From the NCBI GenBank assembly GCA_020184695.1, contig JAANOX010000034.1, positions 62,001 to 126,000 on the forward strand: a DNA stretch of 64,000 nt. Direction: 5' to 3'. The DNA is from Histomonas meleagridis 2922-C6/04-290x. Its lineage: Eukaryota; Protista; Parabasalia. Positions 54,712 to 64,000 of this stretch are shown piece by piece. Position numbers and translations under genes: made by a program. Within the stretch, counting starts at the first letter, position 1; each line of letters starts with the position of its first letter. Below the pieces are notes generated by a model that searched no databases, was not told where the DNA came from, and saw only the letters and a program-made list of their open reading frames with translations.

Positions 54712-56214
54712 TCATTTAAAATATTCTTGATCATTATCACTAATGTCATAAAGAATTTCATCATCTTCACCAAACAATTCAAACTCTTGATTCCTGAGAC
54801 GATCGAACTTATCCAAGAAGTTATCTGCAGCTTCACGGATATTGATATCATCTGATTCAAGAAGACTTTTCACTGAATCAAATGTATCATTTCTTTCCAA
54901 AATTTCAAAGAAATGTCCACAGCCTGGTTTTCTGTTTAAAGCTTTTTGTACGATTTTATCCAATATCGTAACAACATTTAAAATTATTTCACTCCAATCA
55001 GAATCAAGAAGAGTCAATAACATATCAATTAAGTTATCGTCTGTTATGTCTTTTGGAAATGTGTTTGAATCAATTGTATATATATTATCAAATGCTTGAA
55101 TGACTCTAACTTTAACAGTTACAGGCCCATCTCTCAAGTAATACTTAAGTAGTCCAATGAGGTCATTTTGTATTGCTAACAAAACAGAGTCATGATGCTC
55201 CTGGAAAAATATCGTTAAAAATTTGACAAGTTCTTCTTCGGCTTGAGGTTTTATTTTTTCTTCTCGTAGAAAAGAGGTGATTTGCGCGAAGTCTACCCGG
55301 GAAAAGTGGTATGTAGCTACATCCTTAGGGGCATTCTTCAAAAGAAGCCTGGAAATTTTGAAGAGGTGCTCCAAACCGTTTTCATTTTGGTTTACACTTG
55401 TCAAATTTCTGTAAAGTTCAGAAAAGTCAATGAATTTGAAAACGTATTCAGCGTTTTCTTGACAGTTGCAGATGAATTTCTCAAGGAAATAAAAATCGTG
55501 AAGAGATGTATAAAAAAAGTAATTATAAAATTTATCCTTAATGGGCTGGTTGTCACGTAGGTAGTAAAATAATCGCTCAGATACTTCTGTGTTACCTTTC
55601 ATCTTTTCTGCAATGCGACCCACAATTTCATTCAACGCACTAATATATGTATGATTTTCAGTACTTGGAATGCCATCTAGAATTTTGTTAATTCCATCAA
55701 GATCCAAGAAAATTTGGATAGCATCTTCAAAGACATCATGAATTACATTTGAAATAATGTACATTACAAAGATACGGTAATTTGGTAGCTCATAAAACCT
55801 TGGGTCGTCGTCTCGATTTGAAATGAGGTAAATGAAGAAGTCAAATAAGTTTTTATCTGCAAAAATCAAATTTCCTTCACTTTGTGTATAAGTCCATATT
55901 AAAATTAATGGTAGAAGATTTGGAAGAATACAGGTGTTGGTTTCTAGATTAAAAAAAATCAACAGTTTTTCTGAAATAAATCGAAAATCAACAAAATTTA
56001 AAGCGTAAGATTTCTTGAATAAACCTTCTCCTATTTCTTTTATAAGTTCTTTGGCTTGATCAAAATTTTGATTTTGAATCAATTCATCCAAGTTTTGGAA
56101 AGATTTAAGAAAATCTGTCTTTAAATTTGGAAAATTAAACAATGCGATTGGCTTGTCCAACTCATTGGAAAACATACTTTGTATATCAAGAAAAATTCCA
56201 GATTCTTTGTACAT
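54712..56214 (-). CDS. ARM/HEAT-like helical repeat protein
   Basis: About 500-aa helical amphipathic open frame with acidic tail; likely start MYKESG. Confidence 0.6.
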   Translation of the reverse strand: MYKESGIFLDIQSMFSNELDKPIALFNFPNLKTDFLKSFQNLDELIQNQNFDQAKELIKEIGEGLFKKSYALNFVDFRFISEKLLIFFNLETNTCILPNLLPLILIWTYTQSEGNLIFADKNLFDFFIYLISNRDDDPRFYELPNYRIFVMYIISNVIHDVFEDAIQIFLDLDGINKILDGIPSTENHTYISALNEIVGRIAEKMKGNTEVSERLFYYLRDNQPIKDKFYNYFFYTSLHDFYFLEKFICNCQENAEYVFKFIDFSELYRNLTSVNQNENGLEHLFKISRLLLKNAPKDVATYHFSRVDFAQITSFLREEKIKPQAEEELVKFLTIFFQEHHDSVLLAIQNDLIGLLKYYLRDGPVTVKVRVIQAFDNIYTIDSNTFPKDITDDNLIDMLLTLLDSDWSEIILNVVTILDKIVQKALNRKPGCGHFFEILERNDTFDSVKSLLESDDINIREAADNFLDKFDRLRNQEFELFGEDDEILYDISDNDQEYFK

Positions 56215-56475
56215 CGATTTTTTTCTCTTTAACAACGAAAAGCAAGCAAACCTTGTCAAATTCAAAATACATTATTTTTTCTGTTTTTAATGTATTTCCA
56301 CTTATATGTTCACAAATTATATGTATAAACACAGGTTTCAATTCAAAGTAATCTAGCATATACTCTCATAGAGATAATAACAAAAAAAGAAGATTCATTT
56401 AATTGAATCGTAAAAAAAATACTATATTAAATATCTAAGTAATTTTTTTAATAATAACGTTTTTATTTATAAACT

Positions 56476-57402
56476 CTATTTATTTTGTGGCTTCTTATCT
56501 GAAAAATGATTATCAGAAGTCAAATCCAAATAAGCCGCTTCAAGTGAACTAATCTGTTTATCCATTTGCATCGTAGCCTTTGATAGAGCTCTAATTGCTT
56601 CTGTATTCATTTTGAGGACATTAACAATATGTATTTTATCGTTCTCAGGGATATTAATTTTTGGGCGATAAATCTTTGAATCTTGAAGCATCGTTACTTT
56701 TAGCTCCAAAGTGTTAAGAGCAGCTTTGTATTTGTTTGGTTGATTCATTTCTTCACTAATTTGGAAAATTTTGTGATATAAATTTGATTCTTCTTTTGTA
56801 AATGGAAGCTCTGGAACAGCAGCAAGTTCTTTGTTCTTTAGTACTGACATTAGTTTTGTAGAAATTTCTTTGTTTGTGTTTTGGATGGATTTAATTTGTG
56901 AATTGAATTCATTGTCAAGTTTGCTTTGAATAAGGTCAATTTTATTAGAAATAGCAGTGAGGCTACTTTCAAGCATGCTTGCAAACTTTGATTGGGCTTC
57001 AATCCTAGAATTTAATTCATCAAATCCTTTCAACAAGAAAGGAGTCCTTTCTTCTGGGGCTGACTGAACAGCAGCATTCCACTCTTCTTCTGTGCATCCT
57101 TGTTGTTTTGTACTTCCAATACTTCCAATAGAAAATGATGTGGTGGTCGAACTGCCTTTGGCATTTAATGCAATCGTATGAAATCTAAATAATGATTCTG
57201 TTGGAATGTATGCTTTCCTAATGTTTTCAAGTCTTTGTAACAAGGGATCAACTTTCTTTGTTGGATTATTTTGTTGATTAAAAGAAAAAAAGGAGGATGT
57301 TGATTTTGTATTGCTGTTAGCACCAGTATTTGACGTACTTGAGCCAGCACCTGAAAGTTGGTTCAAGTTGGAAAATCCTTGGGAACGAGTCAATCCTGAC
57401 AT
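56476..57402 (-). CDS. NUP54: Nucleoporin Nup54/Nup57-like
   Basis: S/N/F-rich N-terminus; GCTEEEWNAAVQSAP...PFLLKGFDELNSRIEAQ matches the Nup54 alpha/beta-to-coil motif; C-terminal coiled coils. Confidence 0.75.
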   Translation of the reverse strand: MSGLTRSQGFSNLNQLSGAGSSTSNTGANSNTKSTSSFFSFNQQNNPTKKVDPLLQRLENIRKAYIPTESLFRFHTIALNAKGSSTTTSFSIGSIGSTKQQGCTEEEWNAAVQSAPEERTPFLLKGFDELNSRIEAQSKFASMLESSLTAISNKIDLIQSKLDNEFNSQIKSIQNTNKEISTKLMSVLKNKELAAVPELPFTKEESNLYHKIFQISEEMNQPNKYKAALNTLELKVTMLQDSKIYRPKINIPENDKIHIVNVLKMNTEAIRALSKATMQMDKQISSLEAAYLDLTSDNHFSDKKPQNK

Positions 57403-57621
57403 TCTGAAATGTTACCTGAAAAAAGGCAGCTGCCAACAAGTGTTTATTTCTCTTTTGTTTTAAGCATTTTTCTTCATATGCCCAAGCATTTTAGTATATT
57501 CAAAGCCTTTCTAAAACTTTCAAATTTGGGTTTAATGCAGGAGAACTTGTACTTATAAATTTGTTATAAAAATATTATCGTTACAACACGTTAACGTTCT
57601 ACTATTTGAAAAAGTATCAAA

Positions 57622-58767
57622 ATGAAAGAAGTTGATTTTGCTAAAAAAAAGAGAATTATATCCATCATAGCAATCTCACTTGGTTCAACCCTCAGTTACT
57701 ACATTAAAAACATCATTTTTGATCAAGTATATTTTGACAATGACCGAGAAAATTTTAGTTCCCATTGGTTTACCACATTAATGATGGCTATTGGCATGGC
57801 CATTCCCTTCATTGTTGCTTGTATTCAATCTAAAGGGATTCCTAGAGTTTCTCTTAAAATATATTTTGAAATCATTATTCCAGCCCTATGTGATCTTGTT
57901 TATGGGATTGCATTTAACTATTCTCTTATTATTCTCAAAGGGCCTGCTACTATTGCTCTTCGTTATTTTGAATTTATCTTTACCATTCTTGAAAATCGGT
58001 TTCTATTAAAGTTCAAATTTATGAAATATGCATACTTAGCCATTGGAATTATATTTTTAGGTGCTGTTCTTGTTGTTGTATCCGTCATATTAGTTTATAC
58101 TAATGATGAAGAAGGGGAATTTCATATGAAAACCGAAAGTTTCTGGCTTGCCATTGTATTACAAGTATTTGCACAATTCTGCTCAGCCACCCGCAGTAAT
58201 TTTGAGCAAAAGCTTACACATAACAATGATTTAACTGAATGGTTTGTCTGCGGAATGGAAGGAATCTACGAAGTTATAATTTTAGTATTTATGTTATGTC
58301 CTATTACATATTTTGTTCCTTGTGATGTTGAGTTTATGCATGAAAGTTTATGCTATTCATTTAAAGCGGTATTCAAAAGCACGCGACTTATAGTTCTATT
58401 CATTTTGTATATACCAGTGGCGACAATGTATAACACGAGTACCGTCGGAATTATCCTTACGACAAATGCTGTGGTGTATTCCATGATCGAAATGCTCGTG
58501 TCATTCCTTTCTTGGTTTATTGACCTGATAATATATCATGTGGCAGATGGTATATTCATATTATCGAGCCCTTTGAACAATAAACAGGGCGAAAAATGGA
58601 ACGAGTATAGCTGGATTCGATTAATAGGTTCAATAATATATATGGCTGGTGCGGCAATTTATATGAAAGTTATTAGGTTGCCTTGCTTCGAATATGAAAA
58701 GGCAAATATAAAAGTGGCATTCTTAAATAATGAAAACGAGGGATCCAACTCAGAGCAAACGCCTTAA
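57622..58767 (+). CDS. Drug/metabolite (EamA-type, SLC35F-like) transporter
   Basis: About 10 TM segments; IPALCDLV, FEQKL, VCGMEGIYE. Confidence 0.75.
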   Translation: MKEVDFAKKKRIISIIAISLGSTLSYYIKNIIFDQVYFDNDRENFSSHWFTTLMMAIGMAIPFIVACIQSKGIPRVSLKIYFEIIIPALCDLVYGIAFNYSLIILKGPATIALRYFEFIFTILENRFLLKFKFMKYAYLAIGIIFLGAVLVVVSVILVYTNDEEGEFHMKTESFWLAIVLQVFAQFCSATRSNFEQKLTHNNDLTEWFVCGMEGIYEVIILVFMLCPITYFVPCDVEFMHESLCYSFKAVFKSTRLIVLFILYIPVATMYNTSTVGIILTTNAVVYSMIEMLVSFLSWFIDLIIYHVADGIFILSSPLNNKQGEKWNEYSWIRLIGSIIYMAGAAIYMKVIRLPCFEYEKANIKVAFLNNENEGSNSEQTP

Positions 58768-59523
58768 GTAAAATTTTTACTGTTTTATTAATTTGTTTTT
58801 TAAAGTTAAAGAAATTATTTAGTAATTCTTGATTAAAAACAATAAGAAAAGACAATAAAAGAGAAGAAATAATATAATTCATATAGAAAGATTTTTTTAT
58901 GATATAATCATGGAAAGAAATCTATTAGTAATCATAGAACTATTTTTTATAATAATCGATAACCCAAACACACTTATTAATTCATCTTAATCTCTAGGCA
59001 TAATTATTAATTTTTGATTCATTGTGATATAATATATAAAGACACCGTGAAAAACTATGAAGAATTGCTTGAGAAAAATACATAATGATCCTTGTACTAG
59101 AAGGTATTTGCTCACTAAAATGTAAAAGATTTTAACTTTTCCAATTGCATCAAATTGGAAATTGTTAAAAACGACAGCCTTTAAATGATACATTCATAAA
59201 GGCATTGTGAGTGAAATAAAATGATATAATTTCATATTTATTCATTAAACTTGGTGTGTATTTATATGCTTTTTGTATAGGCCGAAAAAAAGCTTCTCTG
59301 AATGACATTCTTATCAAGGGAGACAGTTTTTCACTGCTTCTATATTTTTCTTTCTTCCAACAGCTCTTATACATGATACATTAAAAAATAACACTGAAGT
59401 AATGAAAAATTTATTGAAAAGGAAAGACACTGCTATTGATAATGAATTTTTCTATAAAAGAGAATTTAATTAAAAGAGAAATGAATATTGTCACTTTTGA
59501 ATCCGATAGCAAAAGTGACACTC

Positions 59524-59772
59524 TTAGTTTAAGGAAATCCTTCTTCTGGAAATTGTAACAAGAATTTCATAAATATCCTTCTTTCCGACAATGAATGGTA
59601 GCGAGTCCATTTGAAAATCATCGTTAGAAAGAATTCTTGGTCCTATCGAAAAAATTAATTTTGATTGAATACCATACTCTTCTTGAAGTCTTCTCCTAAT
59701 ATCACCAATTGTCTCAGTTCCATTCATTTCTATGTAAATCCATTTAGAATCCAAAATAAATCCTACCCACAT
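59524..59772 (-). CDS. Small ubiquitin-like domain protein
   Basis: IEMNGTETIGDIRRRLQEEYGI..KLIF..G.RIL matches a beta-grasp pattern. Confidence 0.5.
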   Translation of the reverse strand: MWVGFILDSKWIYIEMNGTETIGDIRRRLQEEYGIQSKLIFSIGPRILSNDDFQMDSLPFIVGKKDIYEILVTISRRRISLN

Positions 59773-60176
59773 TTTTATGTTTGAGTTTTAGTGTTTTTTT
59801 TTATTTCTCTTTAATTTTTTATGGTTAAAAAGTTATGAAACTTTTATATTTAAATTAGTAGAAGCCTCCAATAAAAAGGCTCAAATAATAGTGGAATACA
59901 ATATTTGTGTTTTATATTTTATATATGCAGAAGCATTTAATTTTTCGCTTTATTTCTTGAATTACTGCTTTTATTGAATTTCATTATTTCAAACAGTCAG
60001 AAATAAATTAAATCAAATTTAGTGCGTTTTCTAAGAAGCCAAAATCAAAAATGAATGAGTAAAACATTTGACAAGTTCATTATATAAAGAGCACTTTTTG
60101 AATAACGTTTTCGATTATTGATGTGTACATCAAAAACTAATTAACAAAATGAAATAAAATTTTATGCTCGGACTGT

Positions 60177-61979
60177 TTAATCAACGAACGCTTGAGGTGG
60201 AGGTGGAGGAGGTGGAGGAGGAGGAGGTGCTCCTTCTTGTTGAGCAGGAACTTCTTTTCCACCATATTCGAATACTCTTGCCTTAATATGAGGATGATTC
60301 ATGAACAATGCTTCTTCATATGCATCCATTCCATTATCTGCCTTCACTGACAAGTCAACATTTTCATTTTCACATAGCAAATCGACAATTCTTTCATGGT
60401 TATGTTGTATACCACTATATATTGGAGTTCTATCATGTTCTCCTTTCAAGTTATAATCAGTATTTGGATTTTCAAGTAATAAGAACAATCCTTCATAGCT
60501 ACCAATTCTTGAAGCATAATGAATTGGTGCAGCTCCATAATTATTAGCCATATTAATATCAATATCCTTATTCGTTGTCAAGACTCTAATTGTTTCGATA
60601 TGTTCATATAAAACTGCATAATGTAATGGCGTCTTTCCCCATATATTACGTGCATTAATATTAATTCCTTTTGCAGATAACAATGTTCTAACTACATCAG
60701 TATGACCTCTTCCACATGCATAATGTAACGGCGCCTTATCAAATTCACCTTTTGCATTAACATCAATTCCTTCAACACTAATAAGGTACCTAACGGTCTC
60801 AACATGCCCCCTATCGGCGGCAAGATGTAAAGGTGTCAATTTCTTGTTGTTCCCAAGATTGATTGGGGCACCCTTAGCTTTTGAGAGGACCTTAACGATC
60901 TCCAGGCAGCCGTTTTCGGATGCAACATGAAGTGCTGTGTTTCCATTATCACAAGTTTGATTTGAATTAATTCCTGGCGCTTCCATTATGAGCCTAACTG
61001 CTCCTACTGAGTTAGATAAAGCTCCATAATGTAATGGCGCCATGCCATTATTAGCTTTAAGATTGACATCGAGTTTCTTAAGTGATAAAAGAAATCGAAC
61101 TGTTTCTTCATTGCCATTTTCCATTGCGCAATGAAGTAAAGAACGTCCATCATTTGTCAAAATATTAATATCGGAGTTCTTTGCACTCGCTATCGCTGCA
61201 ACTATTGGCGTATGTCCTTTAATAATCGCTAAGTGTATTGGCGCATATCCTTCTGCATTTTGTTCATTGATTTTGACATCGTCGGATTCAAGTAAGAAAC
61301 GAACGCAATCACTGAACCCTCCTTCGGTACACCACGAAAGAGGTGTCATTCCGAGGTTATCCTTTGCATTGACATCGATTCCTTTAAGTCCGATAAGATA
61401 CCTAATAACGTCGGCTTTACCATATTTAGCAGCCACGTGAAGAGGTGTCAGTGCTTCTTTGTTGACTAATGTATGATCTGCTGAATTCTCATGAAGATAT
61501 TTGACGAGTTCAAGATCTCCATTCTTAGCTGCATAATGCATTGATGTATTTCCGCGTTCATCAGCATGGTTGAAATCGAGGTTAAGTTCGTAAAGTTCGC
61601 AGATAAATCGGAAGACGGAACTTTTCATGTTTTCTGCTGCGAATGTAATTGCCGGTCTAAAGTCTTGTCCGAGTTTAGATAAGATTTCGATGATATCACA
61701 ATTTCCACCTAAAATCGCGAAATATGTGATTGGAGTATCATTGTTATCAACGGCATAAAGTCCTTGGTCTTTGTCTGCGATCATTCTGAAACAGTTAATT
61801 GACGCATAGTAAGATGCCATTGAAAGAAGAGATGGCTCATTTTGTAAGAATGGTGGTAAACGATGATTCGGGTCAGGAACTTTAACATCAAGTTGAAGAC
61901 CCGAGTTTATTAGCTTGGAAAGAAGCACTGTATCATCTGATTGAAGAGCAACATAGAGTTCTTCAAGATCAACTTCCAT
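60177..61979 (-). CDS. Ankyrin-repeat protein with contiguous loops and poly-Pro tail
   Basis: About 15 intact repeats (DERGNTSMH, KDNLGMTPL, NIWGKTPLH); no spacers. Confidence 0.93.
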   Translation of the reverse strand: MEVDLEELYVALQSDDTVLLSKLINSGLQLDVKVPDPNHRLPPFLQNEPSLLSMASYYASINCFRMIADKDQGLYAVDNNDTPITYFAILGGNCDIIEILSKLGQDFRPAITFAAENMKSSVFRFICELYELNLDFNHADERGNTSMHYAAKNGDLELVKYLHENSADHTLVNKEALTPLHVAAKYGKADVIRYLIGLKGIDVNAKDNLGMTPLSWCTEGGFSDCVRFLLESDDVKINEQNAEGYAPIHLAIIKGHTPIVAAIASAKNSDINILTNDGRSLLHCAMENGNEETVRFLLSLKKLDVNLKANNGMAPLHYGALSNSVGAVRLIMEAPGINSNQTCDNGNTALHVASENGCLEIVKVLSKAKGAPINLGNNKKLTPLHLAADRGHVETVRYLISVEGIDVNAKGEFDKAPLHYACGRGHTDVVRTLLSAKGININARNIWGKTPLHYAVLYEHIETIRVLTTNKDIDINMANNYGAAPIHYASRIGSYEGLFLLLENPNTDYNLKGEHDRTPIYSGIQHNHERIVDLLCENENVDLSVKADNGMDAYEEALFMNHPHIKARVFEYGGKEVPAQQEGAPPPPPPPPPPPQAFVD

Positions 61980-62097
61980 TTTTTAATGAGATGAAGCGGT
62001 TTTTTGCTTTTTGTTTATTGAATTGGCAAGTGAAAAATTTGAGAACGTTTAAATGTGAAGTGAAGTGAACGGCAAAATCAAAAAATTAAAAAATATT

Positions 62098-62922
62098 TTA
62101 TTCGTCGTCCGAAAACTTTACAACACGTGACGGCCGTACAAACGTATGATCTTGAAGGAGTTCATATGGAATGAATTGGATTAATGATTGACGCCTTAGA
62201 TTTCGGATTTCAAGATATCGGGAAATGTCTTTCTTCTCTATTGGAGTCGGCGCAAGTATTTCCATGTCTTCGTCGTTAATGAATGAATCTTTTGTGATTT
62301 CGATGTCACCAAATATTTTGTCATAATTATTTATCATCATTGTAATTGTCCTGTTTTGTGATGTGTTACTCATTATTTGTGATTCAGCTGTTTCATCTTT
62401 CTTTCGTGGGGATAGTAAATTTGGAGCAAAAACAATCGCAATGTTACTAGCGGTCATTTTAGATGTGGTTGACGCAGCAACATCAGCAAAAAACTTAAAC
62501 AAATAAGCAAATGTCAGTAAGCGAGAAACAGAAAAATTGTTCAATATCGCTTTGTATTTTTGAACAGCTTCTTCTGTAGTTTTCGCCGAATCCGGAATGT
62601 TTATCATTTCATTGTAATATTCACTTGGAATTAATGGATCTTTTGGTACTAAATCTCGGAAATATTTTTTGAGCGTGCATGCTATTGTGTGAATGTTTGT
62701 ATACTGTGACCAATCTTTGACTCTTCCTCTGTCTAACTCTCTGCATAAGTTTGAAATCCCTTCTGCTGATCCACTTAATCGAAAAATTCCTTCGGTATCA
62801 ACGCCGCCAAGTTCGCGTAATTTTTCGACAATATCAGTGACTATAAAAGGGATTTTTCCACCAAATTGTTCGGGCGATCTTGAGAAATACTGTGGGTCTT
62901 GGTCAAAAGGTTTTTCGTTCAT
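62098..62922 (-). CDS. RhoGAP-domain protein
   Basis: IPFIV, TEGIFRLSG (arginine finger), LKKYFRDL..PLIP, KMTASNIAIVFAPNLL; likely ATG 62922. Confidence 0.92.
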   Translation of the reverse strand: MNEKPFDQDPQYFSRSPEQFGGKIPFIVTDIVEKLRELGGVDTEGIFRLSGSAEGISNLCRELDRGRVKDWSQYTNIHTIACTLKKYFRDLVPKDPLIPSEYYNEMINIPDSAKTTEEAVQKYKAILNNFSVSRLLTFAYLFKFFADVAASTTSKMTASNIAIVFAPNLLSPRKKDETAESQIMSNTSQNRTITMMINNYDKIFGDIEITKDSFINDEDMEILAPTPIEKKDISRYLEIRNLRRQSLIQFIPYELLQDHTFVRPSRVVKFSDDE

Positions 62923-62983
62923 TTGCCACTTTTCGTAACCGTTTGAAAACAGTACGTTAAGTAAACAATTAAAGCCATTAAAT

Positions 62984-63598
62984 ATGAAGAGCAAAGAAAG
63001 AACAAATTCTTCAAAAAATAATGAAAACATTGAAGAAGAGTTCTCACGGAAACTGTTGAAATTAATTAGCTCATGTTATGAATCACAATCTGATTTTCAG
63101 TTTCAAATCAATAATGTAAACAATAAAAATAATATCCCTTTTGAAAGTCCTGTTATTGACCTTAAGCTAGAAAAACAACAAAAAGCGATGATCGAACAAA
63201 TAAATCAATTAAATGAAAATTATTCAGAAAAAGCAGAAAAAATATCAAACATGCTTAGCCAAGCAAAAGATGAAGATATAAGTGATGTGTTTGATTTAAA
63301 AAGAGTAACAGCAAATGAAACACCTAGAACAAAACAAAAAAATGTTACAATTTCGCCAAAAAAAACTCCTCGTTCACTTAACATACAACAAGTAGAAAAA
63401 GAATACCGTCAAAAACTTGCTGAGTCTGAACGCACAGGAAGAGAAAATTGTTTAAAAAGAATTGCTAAACTTCAAAATTCTCCAAATATTTTGAAATCTC
63501 CAAAATCCAAAACGCCACAAAAGAAAAATGTACAAAGTACGCCAAGAAAGCCATTCCAGACGCCGAGTTCATCAAAACAAAGGTTTTACTATTACTAG
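62984..63598 (+). CDS. Hypothetical coiled-coil / S-T-P-K-rich protein
   Basis: 204-aa open frame with TPK/SPK motifs. Confidence 0.6.
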   Translation: MKSKERTNSSKNNENIEEEFSRKLLKLISSCYESQSDFQFQINNVNNKNNIPFESPVIDLKLEKQQKAMIEQINQLNENYSEKAEKISNMLSQAKDEDISDVFDLKRVTANETPRTKQKNVTISPKKTPRSLNIQQVEKEYRQKLAESERTGRENCLKRIAKLQNSPNILKSPKSKTPQKKNVQSTPRKPFQTPSSSKQRFYYY

Positions 63599-63765
63599 AT
63601 TTCGACAAATATTTTTAATATTTATTATCTTCATATATATTTTTTTAAAATAAACCCATTTTTCTTTGGAATTAGTCATTTTCATCTCATTTTCATGTGT
63701 TTTTTTCTTGAGAGAAAATCATTGTAACCGTTTACTTATGTACGTTACTGCAAATCTTTGAAAAA

Positions 63766-64000
63766 ATGGAAGAGAAGAAAAAATTCACATATGGAAAAAT
63801 GTATGAAAGGAAATATGATCCATTCGATCCAACGCTTGGGATGATGCACCTTGATATTGTTCATATGCTTGATATCATTGATAATCCACAAGCAACTAAA
63901 GCTAACAAAATCAAAGCATTACGTTTGCTAAATGAAGTTCTGCCAGGTAGGCAACAAGAAGCCAATTCTCATAATGCTATTAACATCATTCGCCCATTTT
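63766..64000 (+). CDS. Hypothetical protein, 5' part only (runs off the window)
   Basis: MEEKKKFTYGKMYERKYDPFDP... stays open to base 64000; not in the ORF track. Confidence 0.6.
   Translation, partial: MEEKKKFTYGKMYERKYDPFDPTLGMMHLDIVHMLDIIDNPQATKANKIKALRLLNEVLPGRQQEANSHNAINIIRPF

Noticed and set aside
59030-59330. Possible decayed DUF3447-family N-terminus (VKNYEELL..., SNWKLLK)
   Set aside because: Only two short motifs among many stops; too weak to annotate.
2426-62938. Numerous 60-135-aa ORFs antisense or out of frame to real genes, and ORF-track read-through tails such as DIYLYYLNFILIILYFKIIFGNYL
   Set aside because: These are shadow ORFs of coding regions. The hydrophobic tails are translations of unremoved spacers, not transmembrane segments.
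1-64000. rRNA, tRNA or snRNA genes
   Set aside because: None recognised by eye; a covariance-model search would be needed to exclude small ncRNAs.

Overview
AT-rich, gene-dense, nearly intron-free eukaryotic DNA from a parabasalid protist, probably Trichomonas/Tritrichomonas-like. This is inferred from IBD-domain genes, a BspA LRR gene, DUF3447-type ankyrin genes, TCA(Y) initiator motifs just upstream of ATGs, and stop codons often overlapping TAAA. About 35 ordinary genes are present, including NOP56, a USP, VPS4, a Rho, Rab11, PP2A-B56, LAS1, a Myb, an H2A/H2B pair, TECR, NUP54, a RhoGAP and several transporters, plus a decayed Mutator-like element. The main unexplained structure is in the ankyrin genes. 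In three DUF3447-ankyrin genes (10550-13071 +, 35541-38952 -, 48806-51489 -), one fragment (54.2-54.6 kb) and one unrelated single-copy ankyrin gene (47908-48693), the D/N-x-x-G-x-T hairpin loop is not encoded contiguously. It is broken by 17-nt AT-rich spacers that mostly start AT/AA/GT and end TT(T), with no GT-AG rule, separated by single codons (one 6-nt exon). By my manual parse there are about 130 spacers, all but four exactly 17 nt, and 98 one-codon islands, none a stop. Removing only the spacers rebuilds textbook loops (KDEYGW, KDDNGD, KDKDGN, KNRYGN, EDRYGL) and closes each gene in frame to a terminal stop. This points to a non-canonical micro-intron / single-codon micro-exon system that I do not recognise from the literature. 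The processing step is inferred; no RNA data were available.
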